A stretch of 64,000 nucleotides of DNA from Escherichia virus TH44: the sequence record MT446415.1; one strand, 5' to 3'. Shown one piece after another: positions 51,980 to 61,310 of the stretch; position 1 is the first letter of the stretch; every line of letters begins with the position of its first letter. Position numbers and translations under genes: made by a program. A model generated the notes under the pieces. It did not search any database and was not told the DNA's origin. It saw nothing but the letters and a program-made list of their open reading frames with translations.

Positions 51980-52213
51980 ATGACTACTGCTGTTGAACAT
52001 GCTGAATTAGAAAAAGCTGCCCTTGAACTGGCCGCGCTGTATAAGAAAGTAAAAGATATGGCTTTTGCTCAAGATTTCGGTGTCGAGCTTGATGATTATG
52101 ACGGCGAAGTTCGTCTTGAAGATTGGTTGAATAGCTCTTGTTACGGTGAAGAAGCTGGTCGTACCTTCGTTGCTCGTGCCGATGGTAAAATCTGGTATCC
52201 GAGTAGCTGCTAA
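51980..52213 (+). CDS. Small protein, member 5 of the family
   Basis: 77 aa ending KIWYPSSC. Confidence 0.6.
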   Translation: MTTAVEHAELEKAALELAALYKKVKDMAFAQDFGVELDDYDGEVRLEDWLNSSCYGEEAGRTFVARADGKIWYPSSC

Positions 52214-52316
52214 AATTATCACAAGGATGTGATAGGAGGACTTATGTGCAGAAATTTAGTGTACAAGCCTAAAGAAACGTAGTATCATTATCTCGTCAAC
52301 TAATGAGGAAAATATT

Positions 52317-52484
52317 ATGTATAATGTTCTTATTGTTTTTGTCACTCACCCGCAAGGTGGAGTAAGACAGAATACTTCTCAAGTGGTTCAATTTTCTTCA
52401 CTAGAGGCCGCCAATCTTGCTGCCTCACGAATTGAAGCGAAAAAATCGGCACTTGGAAAATATGAAGTAACTCGTCTTTACTAA
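52317..52484 (+). CDS. Small hypothetical protein (55 aa, below ORF-track cutoff)
   Basis: ATG 52317 preceded by conserved aatgaggaaaatattATG initiation region (also at 52485 and 53503). Confidence 0.45.
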   Translation: MYNVLIVFVTHPQGGVRQNTSQVVQFSSLEAANLAASRIEAKKSALGKYEVTRLY

Positions 52485-52497
52485 TGAGGAAAATATT

Positions 52498-53457
52498 ATG
52501 ATGTTAGTTATTGGTTCTCGTGCATTACATAACGCTGGTCTGATTGAAAGTCAGAAAATTGAAAACTCTGATTGGGACTTTATCGCTGACCAGGGTTCTT
52601 GGAACCACTTTAAAGCACGTATGTTCGGGGCTCATGTTCCTGTGGATAACCCTAACGTCCAAGCTTTTAAATGTATGTACAATGGCAAAGAAACCTATTT
52701 TGAAGCTTATATTGTCCGTGCCCTGACCAATGTCAGAGAAATTACTGGTGAGCTTCAAGACGAAGATTTCACCTCAAGTTATCGTCTCTTGAAATACGCT
52801 GAAAATCATATTAAGAAAGACCGTCTTACAGGTTTCTATTGGGCGACGCCTGATATTTGCCTGGCGATTAAATTGTCTCATCGTTACCTGAAGAACAATC
52901 CATTCTTCCTGAAGACCATGAGTCATATTAATTACCTTCGCAATAAGGGTGTTGTTCTTAATGATGAACTGCAAAAAATCATGCTACAGCGTCAGGCAGA
53001 AACATTGTCATATAGTCACCCTAAACTAGACGTGGGCAAGAAAACTTTCTTTAATGATACAATCTATACCCTTGACCATGACTCCATCCACGAGGCCGTG
53101 GCGCTTGCTGATAAGCCTGCATATAAGTTCTATATGAAGGATGATTCAGAAGTCATGACCTCACGTGAAAAATTTGAAGCACTCCCTGATGTTATTAAAC
53201 TGGCAGGGGTTTATGAAGAAGCATGTGTGCTCGCTCTGGAGCGTTCGCAGGTTCCTAATGAGTTCAATATCTCTCCATCCGTGAGCTTCCATGTTGCGCT
53301 GGAAAAAGTCTGCACCTCCATTACTTCTGGATGGTTCCGTGAGTACGCCTGGGAACATTACCAGGAAGTGGTTAATATGTATAACACCCTGGGTCGCGAA
53401 GACTATGTTAAACGCTTCAAGGCTAACCAACATTTAATTCGCCCTTTCACAAAATAA
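52498..53457 (+). CDS. Candidate nucleotidyltransferase-fold protein
   Basis: 319 aa; N-terminal LVIGSRAL ... SDWDFIAD resembles hG[GS]...DxD nucleotidyltransferase signature, with unusually long spacing. Confidence 0.6.
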   Translation: MMLVIGSRALHNAGLIESQKIENSDWDFIADQGSWNHFKARMFGAHVPVDNPNVQAFKCMYNGKETYFEAYIVRALTNVREITGELQDEDFTSSYRLLKYAENHIKKDRLTGFYWATPDICLAIKLSHRYLKNNPFFLKTMSHINYLRNKGVVLNDELQKIMLQRQAETLSYSHPKLDVGKKTFFNDTIYTLDHDSIHEAVALADKPAYKFYMKDDSEVMTSREKFEALPDVIKLAGVYEEACVLALERSQVPNEFNISPSVSFHVALEKVCTSITSGWFREYAWEHYQEVVNMYNTLGREDYVKRFKANQHLIRPFTK

Positions 53458-53460
53458 GTA

Positions 53461-53497
53461 TGTACATCCAAGTGGGACCATGACACAATGGTCCCAC
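53461..53497 (+). promoter_or_regulatory. Stem-loop cassette (inverted repeat GTGGGACCAT/ATGGTCCCAC)
   Basis: 10-bp arms; preceded by TGTACA -35-like element. Confidence 0.4.
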
Positions 53498-53516
53498 AAT
53501 CAATGAGGAAAATATT

Positions 53517-54203
53517 ATGAACAGTCCAAAAACTTTTAATTCTCAAGCTCGTGCAGTAGGCGGATTTGCAGGTCATATTTCTAATGATGATATTAAAAAC
53601 GAGCCTATGTTCTTTAACTGTGATTTGAATTTTGCTGCACAAAATGGCGGTCCTATTACTCGTAGCTTTATTACTAATCTCCCTGATGAGTGGAAAGCCG
53701 CTGAATGTGTATTTGATTCTCGGGTTCATATGTTGATGCCTGGTTGGTATCCTGCTATCCCAGGGTATCATCATGACGATGTACCACGCCCAGATATTCC
53801 GGTTGGTCAACACTTTATTACTGCAGGGCAACCTGATTATGATAATCCTCGTTACCATTCTGAACATATTCTTGGTCTTGTTAACGCTGATGTGTGTCCT
53901 ACTTATTTTGCAACCGGAACTGCACAATTTAGTCAGATTCCTGAAGGCGAACTTATCTATCGCCAGTGGCATAAAGAAGTTCTGGAAAAAATTGAGTCCA
54001 ATGAATTAACCAAGTGGGATGCTCCTGACCGTACGTTGCTCCAGTTTGATTGGCAGACATGGCATACAGGTTCTCGCGCAGTAAGTAATGGTTGGCGCTG
54101 GTTTGGTCGCGTATCTCGTAAAACTGACCGCGTTAATAAAATCACCAATGAAATTCGCGTTAATGCTCAAGTATATCTGGAATTCCCTATGGAGGGCTGG
54201 TAA
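53517..54203 (+). CDS. Hypothetical protein (His/Asp-rich core GYHHDDVPRPD)
   Basis: 228 aa; RBS GAGGAAAA. Confidence 0.6.
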   Translation: MNSPKTFNSQARAVGGFAGHISNDDIKNEPMFFNCDLNFAAQNGGPITRSFITNLPDEWKAAECVFDSRVHMLMPGWYPAIPGYHHDDVPRPDIPVGQHFITAGQPDYDNPRYHSEHILGLVNADVCPTYFATGTAQFSQIPEGELIYRQWHKEVLEKIESNELTKWDAPDRTLLQFDWQTWHTGSRAVSNGWRWFGRVSRKTDRVNKITNEIRVNAQVYLEFPMEGW

Positions 54204-54790
54204 TGGCCCTTTATGAACCTGGGTGTATGGGTGTTGATGTAAACTTCATCCGTCGCCCAGAAAATGCAGGAATTATTGTCTCAAGAGACGAATTTATGAT
54301 TACCAAAAGATATTGGGCGGACCTTGATGATGGTGATGAAGGAATCAAGGTTGAAAACGTTGATTGGTCGCGATGCAATCGTCATGTGAAAGAGCTTTTA
54401 ATTAAGGAATATAAAATGGGATATATTGTTAATGGGTATCAACCGGAACCACTCAAAGAACAGACACCCGACCCATTAATTTCTTATAGCAAGAAATATG
54501 GATTTCGTACCTGGAGTGATGAATTTGATAAGTTAATTTGTTCCAGGTTTTATGCCTGGTCTGGAATCTTATTTTTACCATTCCTGTGGTTTTTCCTGAC
54601 AGGTAAAAATGAAGCATCTGTAGCTGTAATGGGCGCGTGCTTTTCTACTGCTCTTGCTGGACTTATTGCATCATTTTTATGGACTATGGTTATTGAAGTA
54701 CCTTTTCGTATTTCTAAAGTTAAAAAGGTGTACGACGATATCACTAAGAAAAATACATTGAACTCTTTTATTGAGGAATGCCGTAAATGA
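54203..54790 (+). CDS. Membrane protein with C-terminal NSFIEECRK motif
   Basis: 195 aa; start overlaps previous stop (TAATG); hydrophobic helices near C-terminus. Confidence 0.6.
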   Translation: MALYEPGCMGVDVNFIRRPENAGIIVSRDEFMITKRYWADLDDGDEGIKVENVDWSRCNRHVKELLIKEYKMGYIVNGYQPEPLKEQTPDPLISYSKKYGFRTWSDEFDKLICSRFYAWSGILFLPFLWFFLTGKNEASVAVMGACFSTALAGLIASFLWTMVIEVPFRISKVKKVYDDITKKNTLNSFIEECRK

Positions 54791-55023
54791 GTATTGCAAT
54801 TTATATTAAATCCGAGTCATGTGATTCTTATCTGTATTCCTATGACACCGGAACATCAGAAGAGAAAATCAAAGAAGATTTAGAAAGTGATTTGGATATG
54901 TTCTGCCCAATTTCCGATTATATGGTCCAAATATCTGATAGTGAAAGTCCGTCAACAGAAACACGCGTTGAAATTATTATGGCCGAAATCTTTAAAAAAT
55001 CTTGGGAACGTGATGATGAGTAA
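54787..55023 (+). CDS. Hypothetical acidic small protein
   Basis: 78 aa, translationally coupled to upstream gene. Confidence 0.5.
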   Translation: MSIAIYIKSESCDSYLYSYDTGTSEEKIKEDLESDLDMFCPISDYMVQISDSESPSTETRVEIIMAEIFKKSWERDDE

Positions 55024-55468
55024 GAAAGTGAAGGAATTATCTGCTGGCATTATTTTCATGACCGAAGATAAAGAGTTATTCATGGGTCGTGTGACTGGTT
55101 CTCGTAAACCAGGTATGCCTGCGCACAAATGGGACATCCCTAAGGGTCATGTTGAAGCTGGCGAATCACCGATTGAAGCTGCTATCCGTGAAACCGAAGA
55201 AGAAACTGGGTTTACCCAATACGACCCGGCATTCTTAAAAGACCTCGGTGAATTCCGTTATTCAGATAATAAAAACCTTCACCTGTTTTTATATACGGTT
55301 CCGGTTGAGCATGAACAATTCAGACATAGTAAATGCTCTGCATATCATACCTTCCCGGATGGTAGTACGGTCCCAGAGTTCGATGCATTTGCTCTGATTA
55401 AACCGAGCCAATGGCAGTATGTGATGGGCAAATCGATGTACAAGGTAATGACTCAAATTTTCGGATAA
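55013..55468 (+). CDS. nudE: Nudix hydrolase NudE
   Basis: Nudix box GHVEAGESPIEAAIRETEEETG; trimmed to ATG 55013; immediately upstream of e as in T4. Confidence 0.85.
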   Translation: MMSKKVKELSAGIIFMTEDKELFMGRVTGSRKPGMPAHKWDIPKGHVEAGESPIEAAIRETEEETGFTQYDPAFLKDLGEFRYSDNKNLHLFLYTVPVEHEQFRHSKCSAYHTFPDGSTVPEFDAFALIKPSQWQYVMGKSMYKVMTQIFG

Positions 55469-55494
55469 TAAATACCCCTATATAAGGGGGTATT

Positions 55495-55986
55495 ATGAAT
55501 ATATTCGAAATGTTACGCATAGATGAAGGTTGTAAGTTGGATTTGTATAAAGATACCGAAGGCTATTGGACCATTGGTATCGGGCAATTGATAACTAAGA
55601 ACCCATCAAAAGATGTAGCTCGTGCTGAGCTCGACAAGCTTATGGGTCGCGTCTGTAATGGTCGCATAACCCAGCACGAAGCTGAAACATTGTTTAATCG
55701 TTCGGTCGAAAAAGCTAAAGCCGGAATCTTGAGGCATCCTGTCTTAAAACCTGTTTATGATGTACTGGATGAAGTTCGTCGTTGTGCGCTCATTAATATG
55801 GTATTCCAGATGGGTGTTGCCGGGGTAGCTGGTTTTCCTAAGGGTATGCGATTGCTGAAGGCTAAATCATGGGAAGCCGCTGCTAAGGAACTAGCTGACT
55901 CAAGATGGTATAAAGTCCAGACTCCGAATAGGGCAAAACGAGTTATCGAAACTTTCCGTACTGGAACTTTTGACGCATACAAATAA
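55495..55986 (+). CDS. e: Endolysin (T4 lysozyme e)
   Basis: 163 aa; [12 protein letters not shown]...[15 protein letters not shown] with Glu11/Asp20/Thr26; ...[12 protein letters not shown]...NRAKRVI..FRTGT.DAYK resembles recalled T4 lysozyme. Confidence 0.95.
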   Translation: MNIFEMLRIDEGCKLDLYKDTEGYWTIGIGQLITKNPSKDVARAELDKLMGRVCNGRITQHEAETLFNRSVEKAKAGILRHPVLKPVYDVLDEVRRCALINMVFQMGVAGVAGFPKGMRLLKAKSWEAAAKELADSRWYKVQTPNRAKRVIETFRTGTFDAYK

Positions 55987-55994
55987 GGTAAAAT

Positions 55995-56264
55995 ATGAAA
56001 ACGTATCAAGAATTTTTGGCTGAATCTGTATTAAATGAATCAGATGAAAGTCGCATGGCATTTTTAGCTAAGAAAGAAGGCTTTGAGTTTACTTCTATTA
56101 AAAAAGTTAATGGAACTTCATTTAAAGTTGGTGATTGGACCTTTGGTAACAAAGGAAATGGCCAGTGGCAAATTGTAGATAAATCTGGCAAAGAAGTGGA
56201 TTATTTGTTTAATCAGAAATTGGGTGATATCGCTAAACTTATGGGTCAATACTCTAAGAAATGA
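55995..56264 (+). CDS. Internal-protein-like small protein
   Basis: 89 aa; N-terminus MKTYQEFLAES. Confidence 0.7.
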   Translation: MKTYQEFLAESVLNESDESRMAFLAKKEGFEFTSIKKVNGTSFKVGDWTFGNKGNGQWQIVDKSGKEVDYLFNQKLGDIAKLMGQYSKK

Positions 56265-56301
56265 TGTACATCTCCAAACGATAGGGTTATAATGACCCTA
56301 T
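56264..56301 (+). promoter_or_regulatory. Early promoter stem-loop cassette upstream of denV
   Basis: -35-like ATGTAC; inverted repeat ATAGGGT/ACCCTAT with TATAAT in loop. Confidence 0.5.
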
Positions 56302-56319
56302 CAACTACGGAGAATAAAC

Positions 56320-56736
56320 ATGACTCGTATTAATTTAACCCTGGTATCTGAACTTGCCGACCAACATCTTATGGCTGAATACCGTGAACTTCCTCGCGTG
56401 TTTGGTGCGGTTCGTAAGCATGTGCAAAATGGTAAAAAGGTTTCTGACTTTAAAATCCCATCATCTTTTCTTTTAGGGACTGGTCATGTCACCTTCTTTT
56501 ATGATAAACTTTTGTTCCTTAAAAACCGCCATCAAGAACTTATTGCGGAATGTTTAAAGCGAGGGTTTAACATAAAAGATATTTCTACCCAGGATTTAAA
56601 TGATATTCCTGATGAATGGAAGAATGATTATCAACCATCAATCTGGTCAATTGAAATCAGTCAAGCCAGACTGAATGAGAAAATTTCTCAAAAGCCTACC
56701 TGGTACAAATACTATGGGAAAGCTGTGTACGCTTAA
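56320..56736 (+). CDS. denV: Endonuclease V (pyrimidine dimer DNA glycosylase/AP lyase)
   Basis: 138 aa; [35 protein letters not shown]...[10 protein letters not shown]...[10 protein letters not shown] closely resembles recalled T4 DenV. Confidence 0.95.
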   Translation: MTRINLTLVSELADQHLMAEYRELPRVFGAVRKHVQNGKKVSDFKIPSSFLLGTGHVTFFYDKLLFLKNRHQELIAECLKRGFNIKDISTQDLNDIPDEWKNDYQPSIWSIEISQARLNEKISQKPTWYKYYGKAVYA

Positions 56737-56784
56737 TTAAAAAGGTTGTATAATGATTTTATCAACCAAACAATGGAATATAAA

Positions 56785-57048
56785 ATGAAAACTTATCAAG
56801 AATTTATTACTGAATCTGCCAAAGCTCCTGCTGGTTCTTTTAAAGTTCGCGCCTTCGCGGGTGATGCTGAAGACTTTGGCACCATGAAGCGTAACGGTTA
56901 TTCTTTCTTTGGCGGAGATGGTAAAGAAATTGTAACCTATGCAAAACGTCGCGAAATCGCATTTGTGGTTGCTGGTAAGAAAGTTGATGTTGACGATATT
57001 GAATGGGACTTTGAGACCTTTGGTATTGTTTCTGGCGGTAAAGCATAA
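56785..57048 (+). CDS. Internal-protein-like small protein
   Basis: Trimmed start MKTYQEFITESAKAPAGS; TATAAT promoter upstream. Confidence 0.7.
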   Translation: MKTYQEFITESAKAPAGSFKVRAFAGDAEDFGTMKRNGYSFFGGDGKEIVTYAKRREIAFVVAGKKVDVDDIEWDFETFGIVSGGKA

Positions 57049-57050
57049 CT

Positions 57051-57087
57051 GTTTACTTTATGATGGGATAGTGTATAATTATCCCAT
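57051..57087 (+). promoter_or_regulatory. Early promoter stem-loop cassette (PeSL-like)
   Basis: -35 GTTTAC, 17-nt spacer, TATAAT in loop of ATGGGATA/TATCCCAT. Confidence 0.55.
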
Positions 57088-57107
57088 CAACTACTGAGGA
57101 GAATAAA

Positions 57108-57305
57108 ATGTTAACTTATAAAGAATTTATGAAAGAAGTTAAAAAACTTAAAAAGACTTCTGGTGATGTTAAAATTGAAATCCATGGCCAAACCGTAAAT
57201 GCGGTAGCGGATGGTCAGGCATTAGTTCTTTATAGTGATAAAGACCAAGAATTTCGCGAAGCACAAAAGAAAAAATTTACCGTGTGGCTCAAAAAAGCTG
57301 TTTAA
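57108..57305 (+). CDS. Small basic protein with IP-like N-terminus (MLTYKEFMKE)
   Basis: 65 aa; GGAG RBS. Confidence 0.6.
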   Translation: MLTYKEFMKEVKKLKKTSGDVKIEIHGQTVNAVADGQALVLYSDKDQEFREAQKKKFTVWLKKAV

Positions 57306-57313
57306 GGACCAAT

Positions 57314-57613
57314 ATGAAAACTTATCAAGAATTTATCACAGAAGCCAAAGCCCCTAAAGCATTCCAAATTGGAGTCCAAGGCAATTTAGACCAACAATAT
57401 GTTGATGCTATTGTAGCAAGCCTCGGTAAACAGGGTGTACAAGTGGATTTGGTTGATTTTACTAAAGGCAATACTTTTAATATTGTCACATCTAAAGGTT
57501 CTTTAGCTAAAGTTAAAAAGGCCTTTGGTGTAGCACAAGCATATGAAATCGACCACTCTGAATTGGAAAATAAAGGTCGCCAGAACACAATTAAAGGTTC
57601 TGGTTCTTTCTAA
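57314..57613 (+). CDS. Internal-protein-like small protein
   Basis: Trimmed start MKTYQEFITEAKAPKAF; 99 aa. Confidence 0.7.
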   Translation: MKTYQEFITEAKAPKAFQIGVQGNLDQQYVDAIVASLGKQGVQVDLVDFTKGNTFNIVTSKGSLAKVKKAFGVAQAYEIDHSELENKGRQNTIKGSGSF

Positions 57614-57777
57614 TAAAGGCAAGCCGACCCTCTCCTCATGAACTTCGTGTCCTCTGAGTGATGGACCTTTCCCTACCTGTAATAAGGTCGAGCCCAAGTG
57701 CGGTAAAGGGTTTACATACGGATACATGGACGAATTATGTGCCAAGGAATGGCCCCACAACTTAAAAAGAGACAATT

Positions 57778-58323
57778 ATGAAAACGTTTTTAACCGGTAG
57801 TTATCTATCCCTGATGAATGCTTTTGCAAACCATTCTGATGCTAGAGTAGAACACATTTGTAATAGTGGGTTTTATGTACCCGATTCGCAAACCTTGTTT
57901 AAAGAATGTTGCACCTTAAAACTTGATGGTGGGCGCCAATCTGGTAAAACTAAAGCAGTATCCATTTTTGCTACGGAATGGTTAGCTGATGGCGGCTCTA
58001 TTGTTATTTTGTCTAATAACACGGCATATGCTAATGTTTCGGCTACTGCAATCCGAAAGGAATATTTTAATAACCATACAGAAAGTATTAAGCACCGCTT
58101 GTACACTGATTCTGTTCGTAGTTTTATTGGTAACACTGCATGTAAATTCCGTGGATTATCACTTTCACGGGTTCTGTATATAATTGATGAGCCTGTTAAA
58201 ACACCTGATATGGATAAGATTTATGATGCCCACATAAAGGTTGTGCATTATTGCTGCCGTGCATCATGTGAAGAAACCAATCAAACCACACGCCCTCTGT
58301 TCTTTGTGATAGGAATGCAATGA
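57778..58323 (+). CDS. Hypothetical P-loop protein
   Basis: 181 aa; Walker A-like GGRQSGKT. Confidence 0.6.
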   Translation: MKTFLTGSYLSLMNAFANHSDARVEHICNSGFYVPDSQTLFKECCTLKLDGGRQSGKTKAVSIFATEWLADGGSIVILSNNTAYANVSATAIRKEYFNNHTESIKHRLYTDSVRSFIGNTACKFRGLSLSRVLYIIDEPVKTPDMDKIYDAHIKVVHYCCRASCEETNQTTRPLFFVIGMQ

Positions 58324-58619
58324 TGACCCATGAAGAGCTTTTTGACCAAATCTATTTTATTCCAAAGGTTAGGTCAGAAGATTTCGTAAAGAATTTTGAA
58401 ATCTTTAATAAAGCAAATTTCTTTGAGTATGTGTTTTTGTCTGGGCCTTTTAATGGGTCCAGATTTCGTTGCACTGCTCCGAGTATTCGCTTGATGAAGT
58501 TGGTTCCTTACTTTACTCTGGAATTTATTTCTGGACCGTGTAAGGGTATTATCACTCGTAGCCTCCTGACCTATGACCAGGATGTGCGATTAATTAGTGA
58601 CTGGAAAAAATATGTCTAA
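58320..58619 (+). CDS. Hypothetical protein
   Basis: 99 aa overlapping previous stop. Confidence 0.5.
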   Translation: MMTHEELFDQIYFIPKVRSEDFVKNFEIFNKANFFEYVFLSGPFNGSRFRCTAPSIRLMKLVPYFTLEFISGPCKGIITRSLLTYDQDVRLISDWKKYV

Positions 58620-58826
58620 ATTGACTATTGAAGGTTCTGATGCAGCCCTGAAAAGATTTGTTGAATGGTTTAATGGCCCAGGTGAACAAGACTTTCTGGA
58701 AGTCTGGAACGGTGGACAGTGGAATGGTAAAGAAATAGTTTACCCAACTACCTATATCTCCGTGCAAGGTTGGACTGAAGGCCTTCGTTTGGTAGAATAT
58801 GATATCGCAACTGGCGAGGAAGTGAA

Positions 58827-58830
<4 letters not shown>
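58612..58830 (+). CDS. Hypothetical protein
   Basis: Trimmed start MSKLTIEG; 72 aa. Confidence 0.5.
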
Positions 58831-59409
<579 letters not shown>

Positions 59410-59410
<1 letters not shown>

Positions 59411-59468
59411 TGTACAAGCAGGTTGAAATGAGTTATGATTATCCCATCAAACAAAAGGAGATAATCAT
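59410..59468 (+). promoter_or_regulatory. Early promoter with inverted repeat spanning -10 and regB start codon
   Basis: -35 GTGTAC, -10 TATGAT; ATGATTATC (59436-44) is reverse complement of GATAATCAT (59460-68) covering RBS/ATG. Confidence 0.5.
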
Positions 59469-59925
59469 GACTACTATCGATTCAAGTGTTTACATTCGCC
59501 GCAATAAACTTCGTCGCATTTTTGAAACGGAGTTCCTCAAAATTAATAATGCTATCAACAAGGCTTGTAAAGAAGCAGGCCTTGAAGCATTCTTCATTAA
59601 GTACAGTCCACACCTGTTGGACCGTGCAATCCAACGTGAAATTGATGAACAATATGTTTTTGACTTGTTTGGAAAAATCACACCACATGTAAAAGAAATC
59701 GTTGAATTCCTGGAGATGAAACCACTCCCGGAAGTTGAAGCACAAATTGACCCGAATGTGAACTATCGTCCACTTCGTCTGGAAATCACAGACAAGAACC
59801 TGTGGTTAGGAATGACAGTTAACCCAGCTCTTCCTGGGAAGTCTCCGACCATGTGTTGTCGTATGGCGTTTGTTAACTCTAATCGTCTGGAAGGAAAAAT
59901 TAGCACAAAAGTGATTTATATCTAA
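59467..59925 (+). CDS. regB: RegB endoribonuclease
   Basis: Trimmed start MTTIDSSVYIRRNKLRRIFETEF...LLDRAIQREIDEQYVF...RLEITDKNLWLG resembles recalled T4 RegB; AAGGAG RBS. Confidence 0.85.
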   Translation: MTTIDSSVYIRRNKLRRIFETEFLKINNAINKACKEAGLEAFFIKYSPHLLDRAIQREIDEQYVFDLFGKITPHVKEIVEFLEMKPLPEVEAQIDPNVNYRPLRLEITDKNLWLGMTVNPALPGKSPTMCCRMAFVNSNRLEGKISTKVIYI

Positions 59926-59935
59926 TGGGGAATTC

Positions 59936-60478
59936 ATGAAAAAAGTAATCGCCACCTTACTATTGACAGTTAGTATGTCTGCCCATAGCGTAGAGCCTAC
60001 TTTCAGTAATGAACAAATGGGGAACCTCCAATATGCTTATGCGTTTGGAGAACAGTTCCAGAAAAATGGTAAGTACAAAGAAAATCCGCACCAACATAAT
60101 GGTTTGGGATATATCATGGCTGGTTTAGCCTGGCAGGAAAGTTCTGCTGGGATTAATACTGGATTAAATAAAGATAAGCATCATGCATATGGTATATTCC
60201 AAAATTATCTTCCAACCGTGCGCGAACGCGTGAAACAGGTTGGGTGGACAATGACAGATAAAGAAATAATCAAGATGATAAGCAAGAGAGAGAACAGTGC
60301 ACGCTGGGCTTATATTGAGCTTTCATACTGGTTGAATATTCATAAGGGGGATATAAGGAAAACACTATCATCATATAACGCAGGGTGGAATGTGAAAGCT
60401 GGTAATACGTATGCTTCACAGGTCCTAGAAAAAGCTAACTACTTAAAATCACGAGGCCTATTAAAAACGGTGGATTAA
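59936..60478 (+). CDS. Secreted protein with lytic-transglycosylase-like motif
   Basis: 180 aa; signal peptide MKKVIATLLLTVSMSAHS; AWQESS...AYGIFQ resembles SLT ES...GLMQ motif. Confidence 0.6.
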   Translation: MKKVIATLLLTVSMSAHSVEPTFSNEQMGNLQYAYAFGEQFQKNGKYKENPHQHNGLGYIMAGLAWQESSAGINTGLNKDKHHAYGIFQNYLPTVRERVKQVGWTMTDKEIIKMISKRENSARWAYIELSYWLNIHKGDIRKTLSSYNAGWNVKAGNTYASQVLEKANYLKSRGLLKTVD

Positions 60479-60480
60479 AA

Positions 60481-60840
60481 ATGGTAAGAGTTATCACTTT
60501 AGCCATAGGGTTAGTATTCAGCACGGGAGGAATAGCTTCAGTACAGAGCGACGACAACAACAGCATCATAGAATATGCAACGAGGACGGCTAAAGATTAT
60601 TGCGCAGCAAGCAATGTGGATTGTGTAATCCAGTTCAGTGCCAAGCTCACCGCAGCCTATAAAGATGGCCAAAATGATGTTGAACATACGCTTTTGAAAA
60701 AGAATGTATTATCCAACAAATATGAAAAGAAACTATTTGAAATGGATTGCATTCTGTCAAGTGCAAAATATAAGGCGGCCTGCACCAGTATGGTTGACAG
60801 GTTAGTGGATTCATATAATAGAGGATTGAACTCTAAATGA
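60481..60840 (+). CDS. Secreted cysteine-containing small protein
   Basis: 119 aa; signal peptide MVRVITLAIGLVFSTGGIAS; four Cys. Confidence 0.6.
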   Translation: MVRVITLAIGLVFSTGGIASVQSDDNNSIIEYATRTAKDYCAASNVDCVIQFSAKLTAAYKDGQNDVEHTLLKKNVLSNKYEKKLFEMDCILSSAKYKAACTSMVDRLVDSYNRGLNSK

Positions 60841-61310
60841 TTACCCAGTATATTAAGGGCGATATCGTCGCCCTCTTTCTTCAAGGCAATATTATTGCAC
60901 ATGGTTGTAACTGCTTTCACACAATGGGTTCTGGCGTAGCTGGGCAGCTGGCGAAGGCTTATCCAAAAGTTTTAGAAATAGATAAAACCACTACTGAATA
61001 CGGTTCTCGTGATAAATTAGGCGATATGTCTATTGTTTTTAAACATAAGACTACAGGTTTTGGCATGTGCTATAACTTGTATACGCAATACGAACCAGGC
61101 CCTAATCTTGATTATGGTGCTTTAGTAAATTGTATGATAGAATTAAATCTACAAGCAGAAACCCTTTTGTTTAAACCGGTAATTTATATTCCTCGTATTG
61201 GTTGCGGTATTGCAGGCGGAGATTGGGATAAGGTTTCTAAATTAATCGACATGTTTACTCCTGACATTGATTTAATAGTGGTGGATTATGAGCCAAGCCC
61301 GAATTCTTAA
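60837..61310 (+). CDS. Macro-domain protein (candidate ADP-ribose binding/processing)
   Basis: 157 aa; KGDIVA...NIIAHGCNC...MGSGVAGQL and IGCGIAGGDW resemble macro-domain motifs GDIT...VNAAN...GGGV and G.G..G. Confidence 0.65.
   Translation: MITQYIKGDIVALFLQGNIIAHGCNCFHTMGSGVAGQLAKAYPKVLEIDKTTTEYGSRDKLGDMSIVFKHKTTGFGMCYNLYTQYEPGPNLDYGALVNCMIELNLQAETLLFKPVIYIPRIGCGIAGGDWDKVSKLIDMFTPDIDLIVVDYEPSPNS

Noticed and set aside
57503-57775. 90-aa reverse ORF spanning the 57614-57777 gap
   Set aside because: Overlaps the 3' end of forward gene 57314-57613 and has no RBS; the region is treated as non-coding.
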